DNA of 64,000 bases, from contig DBQF01000003.1 of NCBI GenBank assembly GCA_002305115.1, forward strand, positions 65,338 through 129,337. The letters are read 5' to 3'. The notes beneath the pieces were generated by a model. The model saw only the letters and a list, made by a program, of their open reading frames with translations, searched no databases and was not told the DNA's origin. Both the position numbers and the translations under genes were made by a program. Of this stretch, positions 55,271-64,000 are shown one piece after another; position 1 is the first letter of the stretch, and every line of letters begins with the position of its first letter. This DNA comes from a candidate division WWE3 bacterium UBA1401 (GTDB lineage Bacteria > Patescibacteriota > WWE3 > UBA101185 > UBA10185).

Positions 55271-55777
55271 ATACCAAAGTATTACAAAACAAATTACAGT
55301 ATAAAAGAACCACAAGTTAGGGTAATTAAAGCAAACGGGGAGAACTTAGGAGTTTTAGACACGCGACAAGCTATAAGGCTTGCAGAGAATGAAGGTAAAG
55401 ATCTGGTTTTAATCGCAGAAGAAGCAAATCCGCCGGTAGCCAAAATCTTAGAGTTTAACAAGTTTTTATACGATGAACGTAAAAAGGAATCACAGGCGAA
55501 AGCCAGATCTAAAAAGAGTGAACTGAAGGAATTAAGATTAGGCCCATCCATTGGCGAGGGTGATCTGCAGATTAGAATCAAAAGGGCAAGAGAGTTCTTG
55601 GAAGAAGGAAATACTGTAAGGTTGACGGTAGAATTACGCGGCAGAGAAAAAGCCTACCCTGAAATCGGCAGGGAGAAACTTGAGAGAATAACGCGAGAAC
55701 TTGAAGATATAGCTAAACCGGATAAAGATATTGAGCTAAAGGGCAATAGAATGATGGTAGTTTTAATAAGAAAGTAA
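55271..55777 (+). CDS. infC: Translation initiation factor IF-3, ATA start (absent from the ORF track)
   Basis: GGAGG lies 9 nt upstream. The translation reads (M)PKYYKTNYSIKEPQVRVIKANGENLGVLDTRQAIRLAENEGKDLVLIAEEANPPVAKILEFNKFLYDERKK.... Confidence 0.88.
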   Translation: MPKYYKTNYSIKEPQVRVIKANGENLGVLDTRQAIRLAENEGKDLVLIAEEANPPVAKILEFNKFLYDERKKESQAKARSKKSELKELRLGPSIGEGDLQIRIKRAREFLEEGNTVRLTVELRGREKAYPEIGREKLERITRELEDIAKPDKDIELKGNRMMVVLIRK

Positions 55778-55780
55778 TAT

Positions 55781-55993
55781 ATGCCAAAATTAAAAACTAA
55801 AAAGACATTATTAAAAAGAGTAAAAATAACCAAGTCAGGTAAAATCTTGAAAAAACAGATTAGAATTGGACATTTGCGTAGAAAGTGGAGTGCCAATAAA
55901 AAAAGTAGAAAGTTACGAATAGAAGAACAAGATAATACAGGGCACAAAAAGATGTTTAGAGCCTTGCTTGCTAAGCATGGAAAGGGAATATAA
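55781..55993 (+). CDS. rpmI: 50S ribosomal protein L35
   Basis: It begins [22 protein letters not shown]. Confidence 0.92.
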   Translation: MPKLKTKKTLLKRVKITKSGKILKKQIRIGHLRRKWSANKKSRKLRIEEQDNTGHKKMFRALLAKHGKGI

Positions 55994-56346
55994 TGCCAAG
56001 AGTTAAAGGCGGGCCTAGGGCTCATGCTAAACACAAGAAAATATTAAAACTTGCTAAGGGGTATAGAGGAACCAGAAGTAAGTTGTTTAAGCGTGCTAAC
56101 GAAGCAGTGCTTAGAGCAGGGGAACATGCCTTTGCCGGCAGAAAACAGCGCAGAAGAGATTTAAGAAGACTGTGGATTACCAGGATTAGTGCTGCGTTGA
56201 CTAATAATAAGCTTAATTACAGCAGGTTTGTTGCAGGACTTAAAAAGGCAAATATTAGTTTGAATAGAAAAATGTTAAGTGAATTAGCAATTGCTGACCC
56301 TAAAGCTTTTGAGGAAGTAGTAAACAAAGTTAATTCTACAAAATAG
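55993..56346 (+). CDS. rplT: 50S ribosomal protein L20
   Basis: It begins [26 protein letters not shown]. Confidence 0.95.
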   Translation: MPRVKGGPRAHAKHKKILKLAKGYRGTRSKLFKRANEAVLRAGEHAFAGRKQRRRDLRRLWITRISAALTNNKLNYSRFVAGLKKANISLNRKMLSELAIADPKAFEEVVNKVNSTK

Positions 56347-56354
56347 CGATATCT

Positions 56355-56379
56355 CCCGAAGGCTAAAGCATTCGGTTAA
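56355..56379 (+). repeat. Conserved hairpin element (copy 4, degenerate), CCCGAAGGCTAAAGCATTCGGTTAA
   Basis: I read it directly. Confidence 0.7.
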
Positions 56380-56388
56380 TAGAAATTG

Positions 56389-56417
56389 TTAACCCGAGAC
56401 TTTAGTCTCGGGTTTTT
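56389..56417 (+). terminator. Conserved hairpin element (copy 5, inverted) acting as the rplT terminator
   Basis: The sequence is TTAACCCGAGACTTTAGTCTCGGG followed by ttttt. Confidence 0.7.
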
Positions 56418-56418
56418 A

Positions 56419-58287
56419 TCACAGCGTAATTCCAAACCTCTCACCTAAAACCCTAACAATCTCACCCCTAATACCTTTAGTATCCTCGGAGGTGATTTGG
56501 CGGGAAGTATCCAAAAACTCCAGACTAACAGTTAACTTGTTTTCATAAAAATCTTTGTACAATACATTAACTACTCTTGGGTCAACGGCACAAATAACCT
56601 CTTCAATCAAAGGATAAGGCACCCCTTGAGGTAAAACCAGTGTAAGATCCTCCTTAATAGCATTAAATCCGGTAATTGGTGTATAACTTTTAACTTTAGA
56701 TGCCTTGATCACAAGCTCATCAAAGTTCAGCTCCGCATACACCACATTTGTCTTAGTTACTTCAACACTAAAAGGGGGATAATCTTTTATGCCAAAATCT
56801 TCAAATAAACCCTCAATAAAGCCTTTAAACTTCAAATAATCTTCTCCGGCAGCAGCTACAGCCAAATGCAACGGTTGATCAGGAAGCCCGGATTTTGTAG
56901 GTAGGTAGACAACAGCCAATTCAAACACTTTGAGATGCTCTCTTAGGCCTCTATTCCGTTCAACTACGTCTATTAACTGCGACGTTAGCGTAGTTCGTAA
57001 AAACCTGAAGTCTTCAGACAACGGGTTGGAAAGTTCTATTGCGTTGTTTCCTGCGAGTTCCTTGGAAGTAGCAGATGTAGTATAAACTTCGTAAAAGCCC
57101 ATGTACTTTAGATAATCTTTCGTCCTATCTTCCCAATAAAATGTCTTATCTTCACAGACATTTGGGATTTCACCAGTAGGAATGTTGTCTGGAATATTGT
57201 AGTAGCCATAAATTCTAATAACTTCTTCTGCTATGTCTTCAATAAGTGCGATATCGCCTTTTCGCCAGGAAGGAACCTTTACAGTGGCGTCTTCCAACTC
57301 AAAACCTAAATCTACTAATGTTCTATCAACTATTTCTTTTGGAATATCCACACCGGCTACAGCACTAATCTTGGCATAATCTAGTTCAACAGTATCAGTT
57401 GTATAGGGAATATTGACTATATCAATAAGCGCAGAAGAGGGAACAACTCCCAAACTTTCCTGCAACATCTGTACACCCGCATAAAGCCCCGGAATAACCC
57501 CTTCAAAATCAATGCCTTTTTCAAAACGTAACGCAGCATCCGTTCTGTGCCCTAGGGTCATAGAGGCTTTGCGAATTTTCACCGGGTCATAAACTTGCAC
57601 AAAAAACAGCACTTTCTGGGTAGTTTCGTCTACATCACTATTTTCTGCACCCATAATGCCGCATAAATCTATTAGCCTGCCACTTCCGTCTTCGATTACA
57701 ATTACGCCTTCGGGAAGTTTGCGCTCTACACCATCTAGTGTAGTTAGAACCTCCCCTTCTTTAGATTCCCGCACAATCATTTTGGCACCTTCAATCTTGT
57801 CGTAATCAAAAACGTGCATGGGCTGGCCAAGCTCAATCATCAAGTAATTGGTCATGTCTACCACAGCATTTATTGGTCTAATGCCAACTTTTTGTAGTCT
57901 TGATTGAATTAGTTCTGAAGAAGGCACTATTTTGATATTTTCCAGCACAACCGCACTAAATCTGGGAACTAAGGCTTTATTCGCAATTACTACTTCAAGA
58001 CTATCTTGAATGCCAGGGGAAAATACAGGAAATGTTTTTGGCTGCCATGCTACACTAAAACCACTCCTAGGCAAGATAGCACGCAATTCTCTGGCAATAC
58101 CTACAACCGACAGTGCGTCTCCGCGGTTGGGCGTAGTTTCTATTTCGTAAATCACATCACCGTCCTTAGTAGTTTCCATTTTTTCCACACTAAACGCATG
58201 CAAAGATAAAGCTTTGGCAATATCTTTAGGTGTCGCATCGGTTTTTATGTAGTCTCTAAGCCAGGAATCCGGAAGTAGTATGTTCAT
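56419..58287 (-). CDS. pheT: Phenylalanine--tRNA ligase beta subunit (short form, no OB tRNA-binding domain)
   Basis: It has an N-terminal B1-like segment, TTPNRGDALS, and B3/4 and B5 domains through the C-terminal anticodon-binding domain. It is 622 aa. Confidence 0.88.
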   Translation of the reverse strand: MNILLPDSWLRDYIKTDATPKDIAKALSLHAFSVEKMETTKDGDVIYEIETTPNRGDALSVVGIARELRAILPRSGFSVAWQPKTFPVFSPGIQDSLEVVIANKALVPRFSAVVLENIKIVPSSELIQSRLQKVGIRPINAVVDMTNYLMIELGQPMHVFDYDKIEGAKMIVRESKEGEVLTTLDGVERKLPEGVIVIEDGSGRLIDLCGIMGAENSDVDETTQKVLFFVQVYDPVKIRKASMTLGHRTDAALRFEKGIDFEGVIPGLYAGVQMLQESLGVVPSSALIDIVNIPYTTDTVELDYAKISAVAGVDIPKEIVDRTLVDLGFELEDATVKVPSWRKGDIALIEDIAEEVIRIYGYYNIPDNIPTGEIPNVCEDKTFYWEDRTKDYLKYMGFYEVYTTSATSKELAGNNAIELSNPLSEDFRFLRTTLTSQLIDVVERNRGLREHLKVFELAVVYLPTKSGLPDQPLHLAVAAAGEDYLKFKGFIEGLFEDFGIKDYPPFSVEVTKTNVVYAELNFDELVIKASKVKSYTPITGFNAIKEDLTLVLPQGVPYPLIEEVICAVDPRVVNVLYKDFYENKLTVSLEFLDTSRQITSEDTKGIRGEIVRVLGERFGITL

Positions 58288-58288
58288 A

Positions 58289-59323
58289 TTAAAATTGCTC
58301 CAAGAACCTCACATCATTGGCAAATAAGTGTCTGATATCATCAATTTGCGTACCAGATTTCATCATATACGTGCGTTCAACACCCCAGCCAAACGCAAAG
58401 CCGGAATATTCTTTAGAGTCAATACCGCCATACTCCAAAACTTTAGGATGTACAACCCCGGCGCCCCCAAGTTCCATCCAACCTTCTTTACACAAAGAAC
58501 ACCCCGCACCTAAGCAGTTGCTGCATAACACATCAACTTCAAAACTAGGTTCGGTAAATCTAAAGTCATATGGCCTAAGTCTTATTTCACGTTCGGGGCC
58601 ATAGAAGTTTTTCACAAAATAGTTTAAGACCCCTTTCAAGTGAGAAATATTTATACCCTTATCTACCACTAAACCTTCAAACTGGTAAAAAGTAGGCAAG
58701 TGCCTAACATCAGCCTGTCGTCTACCACAGCGTGAAATATTTAGCATTCTAATGGGCAAGTTGCCTTTTAGCATCTCGCGAACCTGACCACTGGAGGTAT
58801 GAGGAGTAATTACTGTCCTACCGTATTTCTCATCACGGGAAATATCTACAAAGAAGGTTTCCCACTCATCCCTAGCGGGATGCTCTTCTGGAATATTTAA
58901 TGCTTCAAAGACAAAATATTCCCAATCAATTTCCGGATACCTAACACGCGTAAACCCAAGGGGTTTAAAAATATCTACAATTTCTCTTATGGCCTGCGTA
59001 ATAACATGTAAATGACCTATCTCTGGTCTTGTACCAGGCAGTGACTTATAAAACTCTGGAAGTTGCGAGGGGATGGACTTTTCAAGTTCAAGCTTTTTAC
59101 TTTCCATAGATCCCTGGATAACAGATTTAACTTCATTTAATGCTCTACCTAACGCTTTTTTCTCATCGGCACCAAGGCTGACAATGTCTTTCGTAACAAC
59201 CGTAACCAAGCCCTTTTTTCCAAAGTATTTGACACGAAATTCTTCTAATTTAGTTAATGAATCTACCAGATCAAGATCGGTTAAGGCTTGGGTTTTAAGT
59301 TTTTCTACTTCCAAAAGATCCAT
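58289..59323 (-). CDS. pheS: Phenylalanine--tRNA ligase alpha subunit
   Basis: It carries class II motifs, including FRFTEPSFE and GFAFGWGVER. Confidence 0.93.
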   Translation of the reverse strand: MDLLEVEKLKTQALTDLDLVDSLTKLEEFRVKYFGKKGLVTVVTKDIVSLGADEKKALGRALNEVKSVIQGSMESKKLELEKSIPSQLPEFYKSLPGTRPEIGHLHVITQAIREIVDIFKPLGFTRVRYPEIDWEYFVFEALNIPEEHPARDEWETFFVDISRDEKYGRTVITPHTSSGQVREMLKGNLPIRMLNISRCGRRQADVRHLPTFYQFEGLVVDKGINISHLKGVLNYFVKNFYGPEREIRLRPYDFRFTEPSFEVDVLCSNCLGAGCSLCKEGWMELGGAGVVHPKVLEYGGIDSKEYSGFAFGWGVERTYMMKSGTQIDDIRHLFANDVRFLEQF

Positions 59324-59360
59324 AAATTAAGGTAGACTATCTCAGCTTTTGGTTACTGCG

Positions 59361-62009
59361 TCAAGACTCCGTATTGCCAATAGTTACTTTAATGGTTTTA
59401 GTTCCATCTCTGCCGTCTTCATCCACAGCTTTGGCAGAGAACTCTACTGTTTTGCCAACATCACCAGGGCTAAATTCGAAAGTATAGCCGTAGGGAGCAG
59501 ACTTGTCTTCAGTTACGCGCTCACCATTTTTATAAATCGAAACCTTTTCTATGTCATCAACAGCCGATATTTCCACCTGTAACCTGTACTTAAGAGGAAT
59601 AGTATCACCATTGTCCAAACCAGTAAATTCCAGCTTGGGATCCATGTCTTTTGGATCATCACCATCAAATTCCACTCGCGAAGTCATAGTAGGCGGAAAA
59701 TACTTGGAATCTTTGTAATTGTCTTTTACCCACTGATCAACCGCATTTTGCCACTCGGGCTTTTCGGCAGTAATCTTCACAAAGGTTTTTTCTGCAGTCT
59801 TATCAGCATCTCTACACGCCTTACTGGCAAGCCGTCCATCAACCTTACAGATTTCCAACTTTTGATACCAACTGCTTCGGGCTGTTGGCTCTGTGCCTTT
59901 GATAAACCACTCGGCGCGGGTAGGGAAGTCTTCAAACGGGAGCATTCCGGTGAGCTCGTCTATAGTAACTTTATGCACTGTTGAGGGCACCGGAAAATCT
60001 TGCGGCTCTTTGTCTTCCAAATAGGCCATCATAAAATCCCGCCAAATAGGCGTAGCACCTGTAATACCTGAAGCAATATACGGGTTCATCTCGTCATTGT
60101 TGTTATTACCAACCCATACACCTGCCACTAACGATGGGGTGTAGCCAATGGCATAGTTATCACGCTTATCGTCTGTAGTTCCGGTTTTTACTGCCACCCT
60201 GTGCCCAGGTATATTAAGCAAGCTATTGGCACCAAAAGCCGCGGAACGGGCACCGTCGTCGGACAAAATGTCATTAATTAAAAAGGCTACTTCTGGTTCC
60301 AATGCAGACTTGCCACCTGTGTCTCGATATTTATAAAGAACGTTGCCATGCGCATCTCTTACTTCCAAAAAGGGTGTAGGCTGCCTAAACCTGCCTTGCG
60401 CTGGAAACACGCTATAAGCACCGGTTAACTCCAGTAGACTTACCTCACCACCCCCTAAAGTTAACGCCAGTCCAAAGCGAGATCTATCACCAAATGAAGT
60501 AATTCCCATCTTTTCAGCCTGATCAATCATGCTATCGATACCTACAATACTTAAGGCCTTAACGGCAGGAATATTAAGTGAGTTACCTAAAGATTTGCGC
60601 AAAGACATGGGTCCTCGGAAAATACCATCATAGTTTTCTGGTATATATGGTTTATCTGGGCGGGAACCGGGGAATTCTGTTTCCACATCTAAAAATGGAA
60701 AAGCTGCAGTATAACCCTGAGAAAGCATGGTAGCGTAAGTAATAGGCTTAATTGATGATCCTGGCTGCCTGTGAGCCATTGTAACGTTTAAATGAGGTTC
60801 AAACGTACAACTGTTTTCACCAGTAATACCCGATATACATCCGGTGGGTTCAGACTCTAGAAAGTAACCTTTAGAACCAACCATTGCTAAAATCTGGCCG
60901 GTTTGCGGATCTAACGCCACTAATGAACCGTTGCCCACATTATAGCTTTTGCTAGCTTCCACATTGTCATAAACAATTTCCTGTGCTTGCATTTGTAAAT
61001 CTAAATCCAACGTAGTGGTCACCTGTAAGCCGCGTTGTTCAACCACATCTTCACCAAACATATCTGCTAACAAACGCTTTACGTAAAATACAAAATGAGG
61101 TGCTTCAAACGAGATGGCTGCCGACTGAAAGTCTAGGGGAGCTTCTTTGGCTACTTCATACTCCTCGTCACTGATATATCTGCGAACTCCGTTACTGTCA
61201 AGCCAACCACGCTCATTCATTAAATATAATATATAGTTTTTACGCTCTATACCTGCTTCAGGATTTGAACCAAATTGTGAATAATAACTTGGGCTTTGAG
61301 GCAAGCCTGCCAAATAAGCAGCTTCTTCTAAATTTAACTCAGAGGGTAATTTATTGAAATAAGCCTTCGATGCGGTGTAAATACCATAGTTTTGGCCACC
61401 ATAGGGTGTTTCATTAAGATACATTTGTAGAATTTGGTCTTTGGTGTACTTGTTCTCAAGCTGCAGTGATAAAATCATTTCTTTAATTTTTCTGGAAATG
61501 GTACGATCTTGCGTTAGCAAAGCATTTTTAACTGACTGCTGTGTGATTGTAGAGCCACCCTGTAAACCTTCTCCTGTGGCAGTATTTCTAATAGCCCTAA
61601 GCATACCCCTAATAGAAAAGCCGCTATGATGATAAAAATCTGCATCCTCCGCAGCTAAAGTAGCGTGAATAATGTGTGACGAAACATCATCTATAGAAAC
61701 AAGAACACGGTTTTTTTCGCCGTATACTTCGAGAATTGGAGTGCCTTTACGGTCATAAATTTTGGTAGAAAGTTCTTCGCTACGCTCCAGTAAGCGGTTG
61801 GGGTTGGGAAGGTCGCGTGAGTAGCTGACAAAGACTATTACTACACCTACTGCGGCCACAATAATGAAGAATAATGCCAGGTAGGCGAGTGTGACTAGGA
61901 CTTTTAGTTTGGCAGGACTAAGTTTTAACTTTAATTTTGGGTTGGGAAGTTTTATGTTTGGTTTTGACGGGAAGCTTTTCCCAAAGCTTTTTTTCCACTT
62001 TTTTACCAT
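59361..62009 (-). CDS. Class A penicillin-binding protein (GT51 transglycosylase + transpeptidase) with a C-terminal Ig-like extension
   Basis: It contains EDADFYHHSGF, RQPGSSIKP (SxxK) and KTGTT. Confidence 0.93.
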   Translation of the reverse strand: MVKKWKKSFGKSFPSKPNIKLPNPKLKLKLSPAKLKVLVTLAYLALFFIIVAAVGVVIVFVSYSRDLPNPNRLLERSEELSTKIYDRKGTPILEVYGEKNRVLVSIDDVSSHIIHATLAAEDADFYHHSGFSIRGMLRAIRNTATGEGLQGGSTITQQSVKNALLTQDRTISRKIKEMILSLQLENKYTKDQILQMYLNETPYGGQNYGIYTASKAYFNKLPSELNLEEAAYLAGLPQSPSYYSQFGSNPEAGIERKNYILYLMNERGWLDSNGVRRYISDEEYEVAKEAPLDFQSAAISFEAPHFVFYVKRLLADMFGEDVVEQRGLQVTTTLDLDLQMQAQEIVYDNVEASKSYNVGNGSLVALDPQTGQILAMVGSKGYFLESEPTGCISGITGENSCTFEPHLNVTMAHRQPGSSIKPITYATMLSQGYTAAFPFLDVETEFPGSRPDKPYIPENYDGIFRGPMSLRKSLGNSLNIPAVKALSIVGIDSMIDQAEKMGITSFGDRSRFGLALTLGGGEVSLLELTGAYSVFPAQGRFRQPTPFLEVRDAHGNVLYKYRDTGGKSALEPEVAFLINDILSDDGARSAAFGANSLLNIPGHRVAVKTGTTDDKRDNYAIGYTPSLVAGVWVGNNNNDEMNPYIASGITGATPIWRDFMMAYLEDKEPQDFPVPSTVHKVTIDELTGMLPFEDFPTRAEWFIKGTEPTARSSWYQKLEICKVDGRLASKACRDADKTAEKTFVKITAEKPEWQNAVDQWVKDNYKDSKYFPPTMTSRVEFDGDDPKDMDPKLEFTGLDNGDTIPLKYRLQVEISAVDDIEKVSIYKNGERVTEDKSAPYGYTFEFSPGDVGKTVEFSAKAVDEDGRDGTKTIKVTIGNTES

Positions 62010-62035
62010 AGAGAGATTATAGCAGATATGTTAGG

Positions 62036-62052
62036 GGAGGGTCCGACCCTCC
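62036..62052. promoter_or_regulatory. GGTCNGACC palindrome copy 6 (ggagGGTCCGACCctcc)
   Basis: It is a 17-bp palindrome lying 14 nt upstream of the minus-strand TATAAT for the PBP gene. Confidence 0.65.
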
Positions 62053-62091
62053 GGATAAAGTTTTGACTGATAGTTGCCACTAGACAAACCA

Positions 62092-62132
62092 GAAAGGTCC
62101 GACCTTCCAAAAAATTGTTATCGTGATAAAAT
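62092..62132 (+). promoter_or_regulatory. GGTCNGACC copy 7 (gaaaGGTCCGACCttcc) abutting the tyrS promoter TTCCAA-N16-TGaTAAAAT
   Basis: The -10 box at 62127-62132 lies 6 nt before ATG 62139. Confidence 0.55.
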
Positions 62133-62138
62133 CATCTT

Positions 62139-63329
62139 ATGCCAGAAATCATTACAGACGAGCAGAAAATCGACGAAATTCTCACCCGGGGAGTGCACGA
62201 GATCTTTGTTAAAGAAGAACTCAAAAAGAAACTCATGAGCGGCAAACAACTGCATCTGAAACTAGGTGTAGACGTAACAGGCCCAAACTTACACTTAGGC
62301 CACACAGTAATCCAAAGAAAAATCCGAGACTTCCAGGAGCTGGGACACAGAGTTACACTCATCATAGGTGATTTTACAACCTTAGTAGGCGACCATTCCG
62401 ATAAAGTCGATATGCGAGGAGAGATAACACAAGAACAAATAAAACATAATGAAGAACACTTTCAAGACCAATTCTTCAAAACCGTTATAAAGGATCAGGC
62501 TGAAGTTCGCCACAACTCGGAATGGCTAAGCAAACTAAGCTTTGCAGATGTAATAGAACTGGCTAAACAATTCACTGTAGCCCAAATGCTAGACAGGGAA
62601 ACTTTCCTTTTAAGATACCAAGCTAAAAAGCCAATTGGCCTAGATGAATTTCTGTATCCCCTTATGCAAGGCTACGATTCTGTGGCGCTAACTAGCGACG
62701 TGGAATTTGGCGGTACAGATCAAACCTTTAATTTACTGGCCGGCAGAAAACTCATGGAGTATTTTGGCAAACCGCCGCAAGACGCCGTTGTCATGAAACT
62801 GCTTACTGGCAGTGATGGCAGACCTATGGGTAAAAGCCTCATGAACTTTATTCCGGTATTAGATACTGCAGAAGATATGTATGGAAAGATTATGGCAATT
62901 GTAGATGAGGTGATTTTTGAGTATTTTGAACTGGTGACACGAGTACCCGTGCCGGAAATTGAGGAAATGCGGAAAGCGGTAACCGAAGGTGCCAACCCAA
63001 TGGAATTTAAGAAACGTTTAGCAAATGAAATTGTGGAATTTTACCACGGCAAAGAGGCAGCAACAGAAGCACAAGAATACTTTGAACAAACAGTACAACA
63101 AGGTATGACCCCACAAAATATTCCAGAAATAGCTTTGCCCGAAAACACCCAAACTCTTGAGGTAGCGTCACTAATTTCTAAAACGTCAAGATCTGAAACC
63201 AGAAGAGTTATTGAGCAAGGCGGGTTTAGTGTAAACAACACAAAAATAACAGATCCACAACAACTACTGGAGTTAAAGACAGGCGATATTATAAAGTTCG
63301 GTAAGCGAGAATTTGCAAAAGTAAAATGA
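62139..63329 (+). CDS. tyrS: Tyrosine--tRNA ligase
   Basis: It has the HIGH motif (NLHLGH), a KMSKS-like motif (PMGKSL) and a C-terminal S4 domain. Confidence 0.9.
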   Translation: MPEIITDEQKIDEILTRGVHEIFVKEELKKKLMSGKQLHLKLGVDVTGPNLHLGHTVIQRKIRDFQELGHRVTLIIGDFTTLVGDHSDKVDMRGEITQEQIKHNEEHFQDQFFKTVIKDQAEVRHNSEWLSKLSFADVIELAKQFTVAQMLDRETFLLRYQAKKPIGLDEFLYPLMQGYDSVALTSDVEFGGTDQTFNLLAGRKLMEYFGKPPQDAVVMKLLTGSDGRPMGKSLMNFIPVLDTAEDMYGKIMAIVDEVIFEYFELVTRVPVPEIEEMRKAVTEGANPMEFKKRLANEIVEFYHGKEAATEAQEYFEQTVQQGMTPQNIPEIALPENTQTLEVASLISKTSRSETRRVIEQGGFSVNNTKITDPQQLLELKTGDIIKFGKREFAKVK

Positions 63330-63499
63330 AACTTAAACTACCGTGGCAGAAACAATGCCCTATAACAAACAAGCTAGGCAAAGTATTTAGAAAACTGAAA
63401 AAACCCTTTAAAAAGAAAGATTTTATGCTTAAACTTTTTACTATACTGATGGCACTAGCTTTTCTGGCAAGTTCTATTTTGCCTTATATTTTGCGCTAA
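63326..63499 (+). CDS. 57-aa basic peptide with a C-terminal TM
   Basis: It overlaps the tyrS stop in an ATGA junction. The sequence is MKLKLPWQKQCPITNKLGKVFRKLKKPFKKKDFMLKLFTILMALAFLASSILPYILR. Its stop abuts the recG ATG (TAAATG). Confidence 0.4.
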   Translation: MKLKLPWQKQCPITNKLGKVFRKLKKPFKKKDFMLKLFTILMALAFLASSILPYILR

Positions 63500-64000
63500 A
63501 TGCTGGAACTATCATCACCGGTAAATGCTATTCCAAAAATAGGTTCACGCTATAAATTCCTGCTGAGTAAACTAAATATCAATACAGTAGGTGATTTGCT
63601 ACACCATTTTCCATCTAGATACGAAGACTTTTCACAAACCAAAAAAATAAAAGATATACAGCCAGGGGAAACAATTACACTAGAAGTAACATTACTAGAT
63701 GCGCAAAACATTTTCACCCGAAATCACAAAAAACTTACTGTGGCTAAAGTAGAAGACAAAACAGGAAGCATGAAGCTAGTGTGGTTTAACCAGCACTACA
63801 TTAAAGCTCAACTACTGCCGGGGTTAACATACAGATTTTCCGGTAAGGTGACTACATATCAGAACAAACTTTCTATGTATAACCCTAGATATGAAATAGA
63901 AGACAAAGAAGCTACAAAAACCGGCAAGCTTATACCTGTATACCCGGAAACAGAGGGAATAGCGTCAACATGGCTGGCATCCAGAATTAACGACGTTTTA
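63500..64000 (+). CDS. recG: ATP-dependent DNA helicase RecG, N-terminal wedge domain (partial, runs off the window)
   Basis: It contains IPKIGSRYKFLLSKLNINTVGDLLHHFPSRYEDFS and KLVWFNQ. Confidence 0.8.
   Translation, partial: MLELSSPVNAIPKIGSRYKFLLSKLNINTVGDLLHHFPSRYEDFSQTKKIKDIQPGETITLEVTLLDAQNIFTRNHKKLTVAKVEDKTGSMKLVWFNQHYIKAQLLPGLTYRFSGKVTTYQNKLSMYNPRYEIEDKEATKTGKLIPVYPETEGIASTWLASRINDVL

Noticed and set aside
55294-56034. Two minus-strand track ORFs (55294..55581 and 55654..56034)
   Set aside because: They are antisense to infC and rpmI, whose plus-strand translations are unmistakable IF-3 and L35.
62010-62138. T-box or other aaRS leader riboswitch upstream of tyrS, thrS or pheS
   Set aside because: The spacers are too short: 129 nt shared with a divergent gene, 98 nt shared, and about 37 nt. 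I saw no specifier loop or T-box sequence.
1-64000. Alternative genetic code (UGA recoding), as in some CPR lineages
   Set aside because: Conserved genes end at TGA at their expected lengths (for example tyrS and the small ORF at 41279). No conserved gene is interrupted by an in-frame TGA.
1-64000. CRISPR arrays, transposases, integrases, prophage or known defence-system genes
   Set aside because: I found no regularly spaced direct repeats. No ORF carries DDE, tyrosine or serine recombinase, Cas, reverse-transcriptase or restriction-modification motifs. The only repeats are the short hairpin and palindrome families reported above.

Overview
This 64-kb chromosomal segment reads like a small-genome, low-GC Patescibacteria/CPR (Microgenomates-like) bacterium. 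That placement is an inference from gene content and domain-minimised housekeeping proteins. The standard genetic code applies, because TGA, TAA and TAG all terminate recognisable genes. I call about 74 CDS and 6 tRNAs, all with an encoded CCA. I found no rRNA, CRISPR array, transposase or integrase. The ORF track misses or mis-starts several genes: infC (ATA start), two genes that run off the window edges (a YfhO-like gene at the 5' end and recG at the 3' end), and four ORFs under 60 aa. Housekeeping content includes murB, pyk, trxB, def, tsaC, tig-clpP, truB, thrS-infC-rpmI-rplT, pheST, a class A PBP and tyrS. The main observations are these. (1) Ten GT-C-like polytopic glycosyltransferase genes, several as paralogue pairs or clusters. 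(2) A 17-bp palindrome with core GGTCNGACC, present 7 times and only in promoter-bearing spacers. (3) A conserved 24-nt hairpin element, CCCGAGGCTAAAGCCTCGGGTTAA, at convergent gene ends. (4) Widespread leaderless architecture, with a -10 box 6-9 nt before the start codon, including two back-to-back promoters in a 15-bp spacer. (5) A higher-GC islet holding a GH5 lipoprotein, two lysozyme-like genes and several unknowns next to tRNA-Leu. (6) A tRNA-Val flanked by a tRNA 5'-fragment and a CCA-ending minihelix. (7) An acidic-protein plus 13-aa polylysine micro-ORF operon. (8) A tandem SpoVS-domain protein. All functional calls rest on motifs read by eye. No database search was run.
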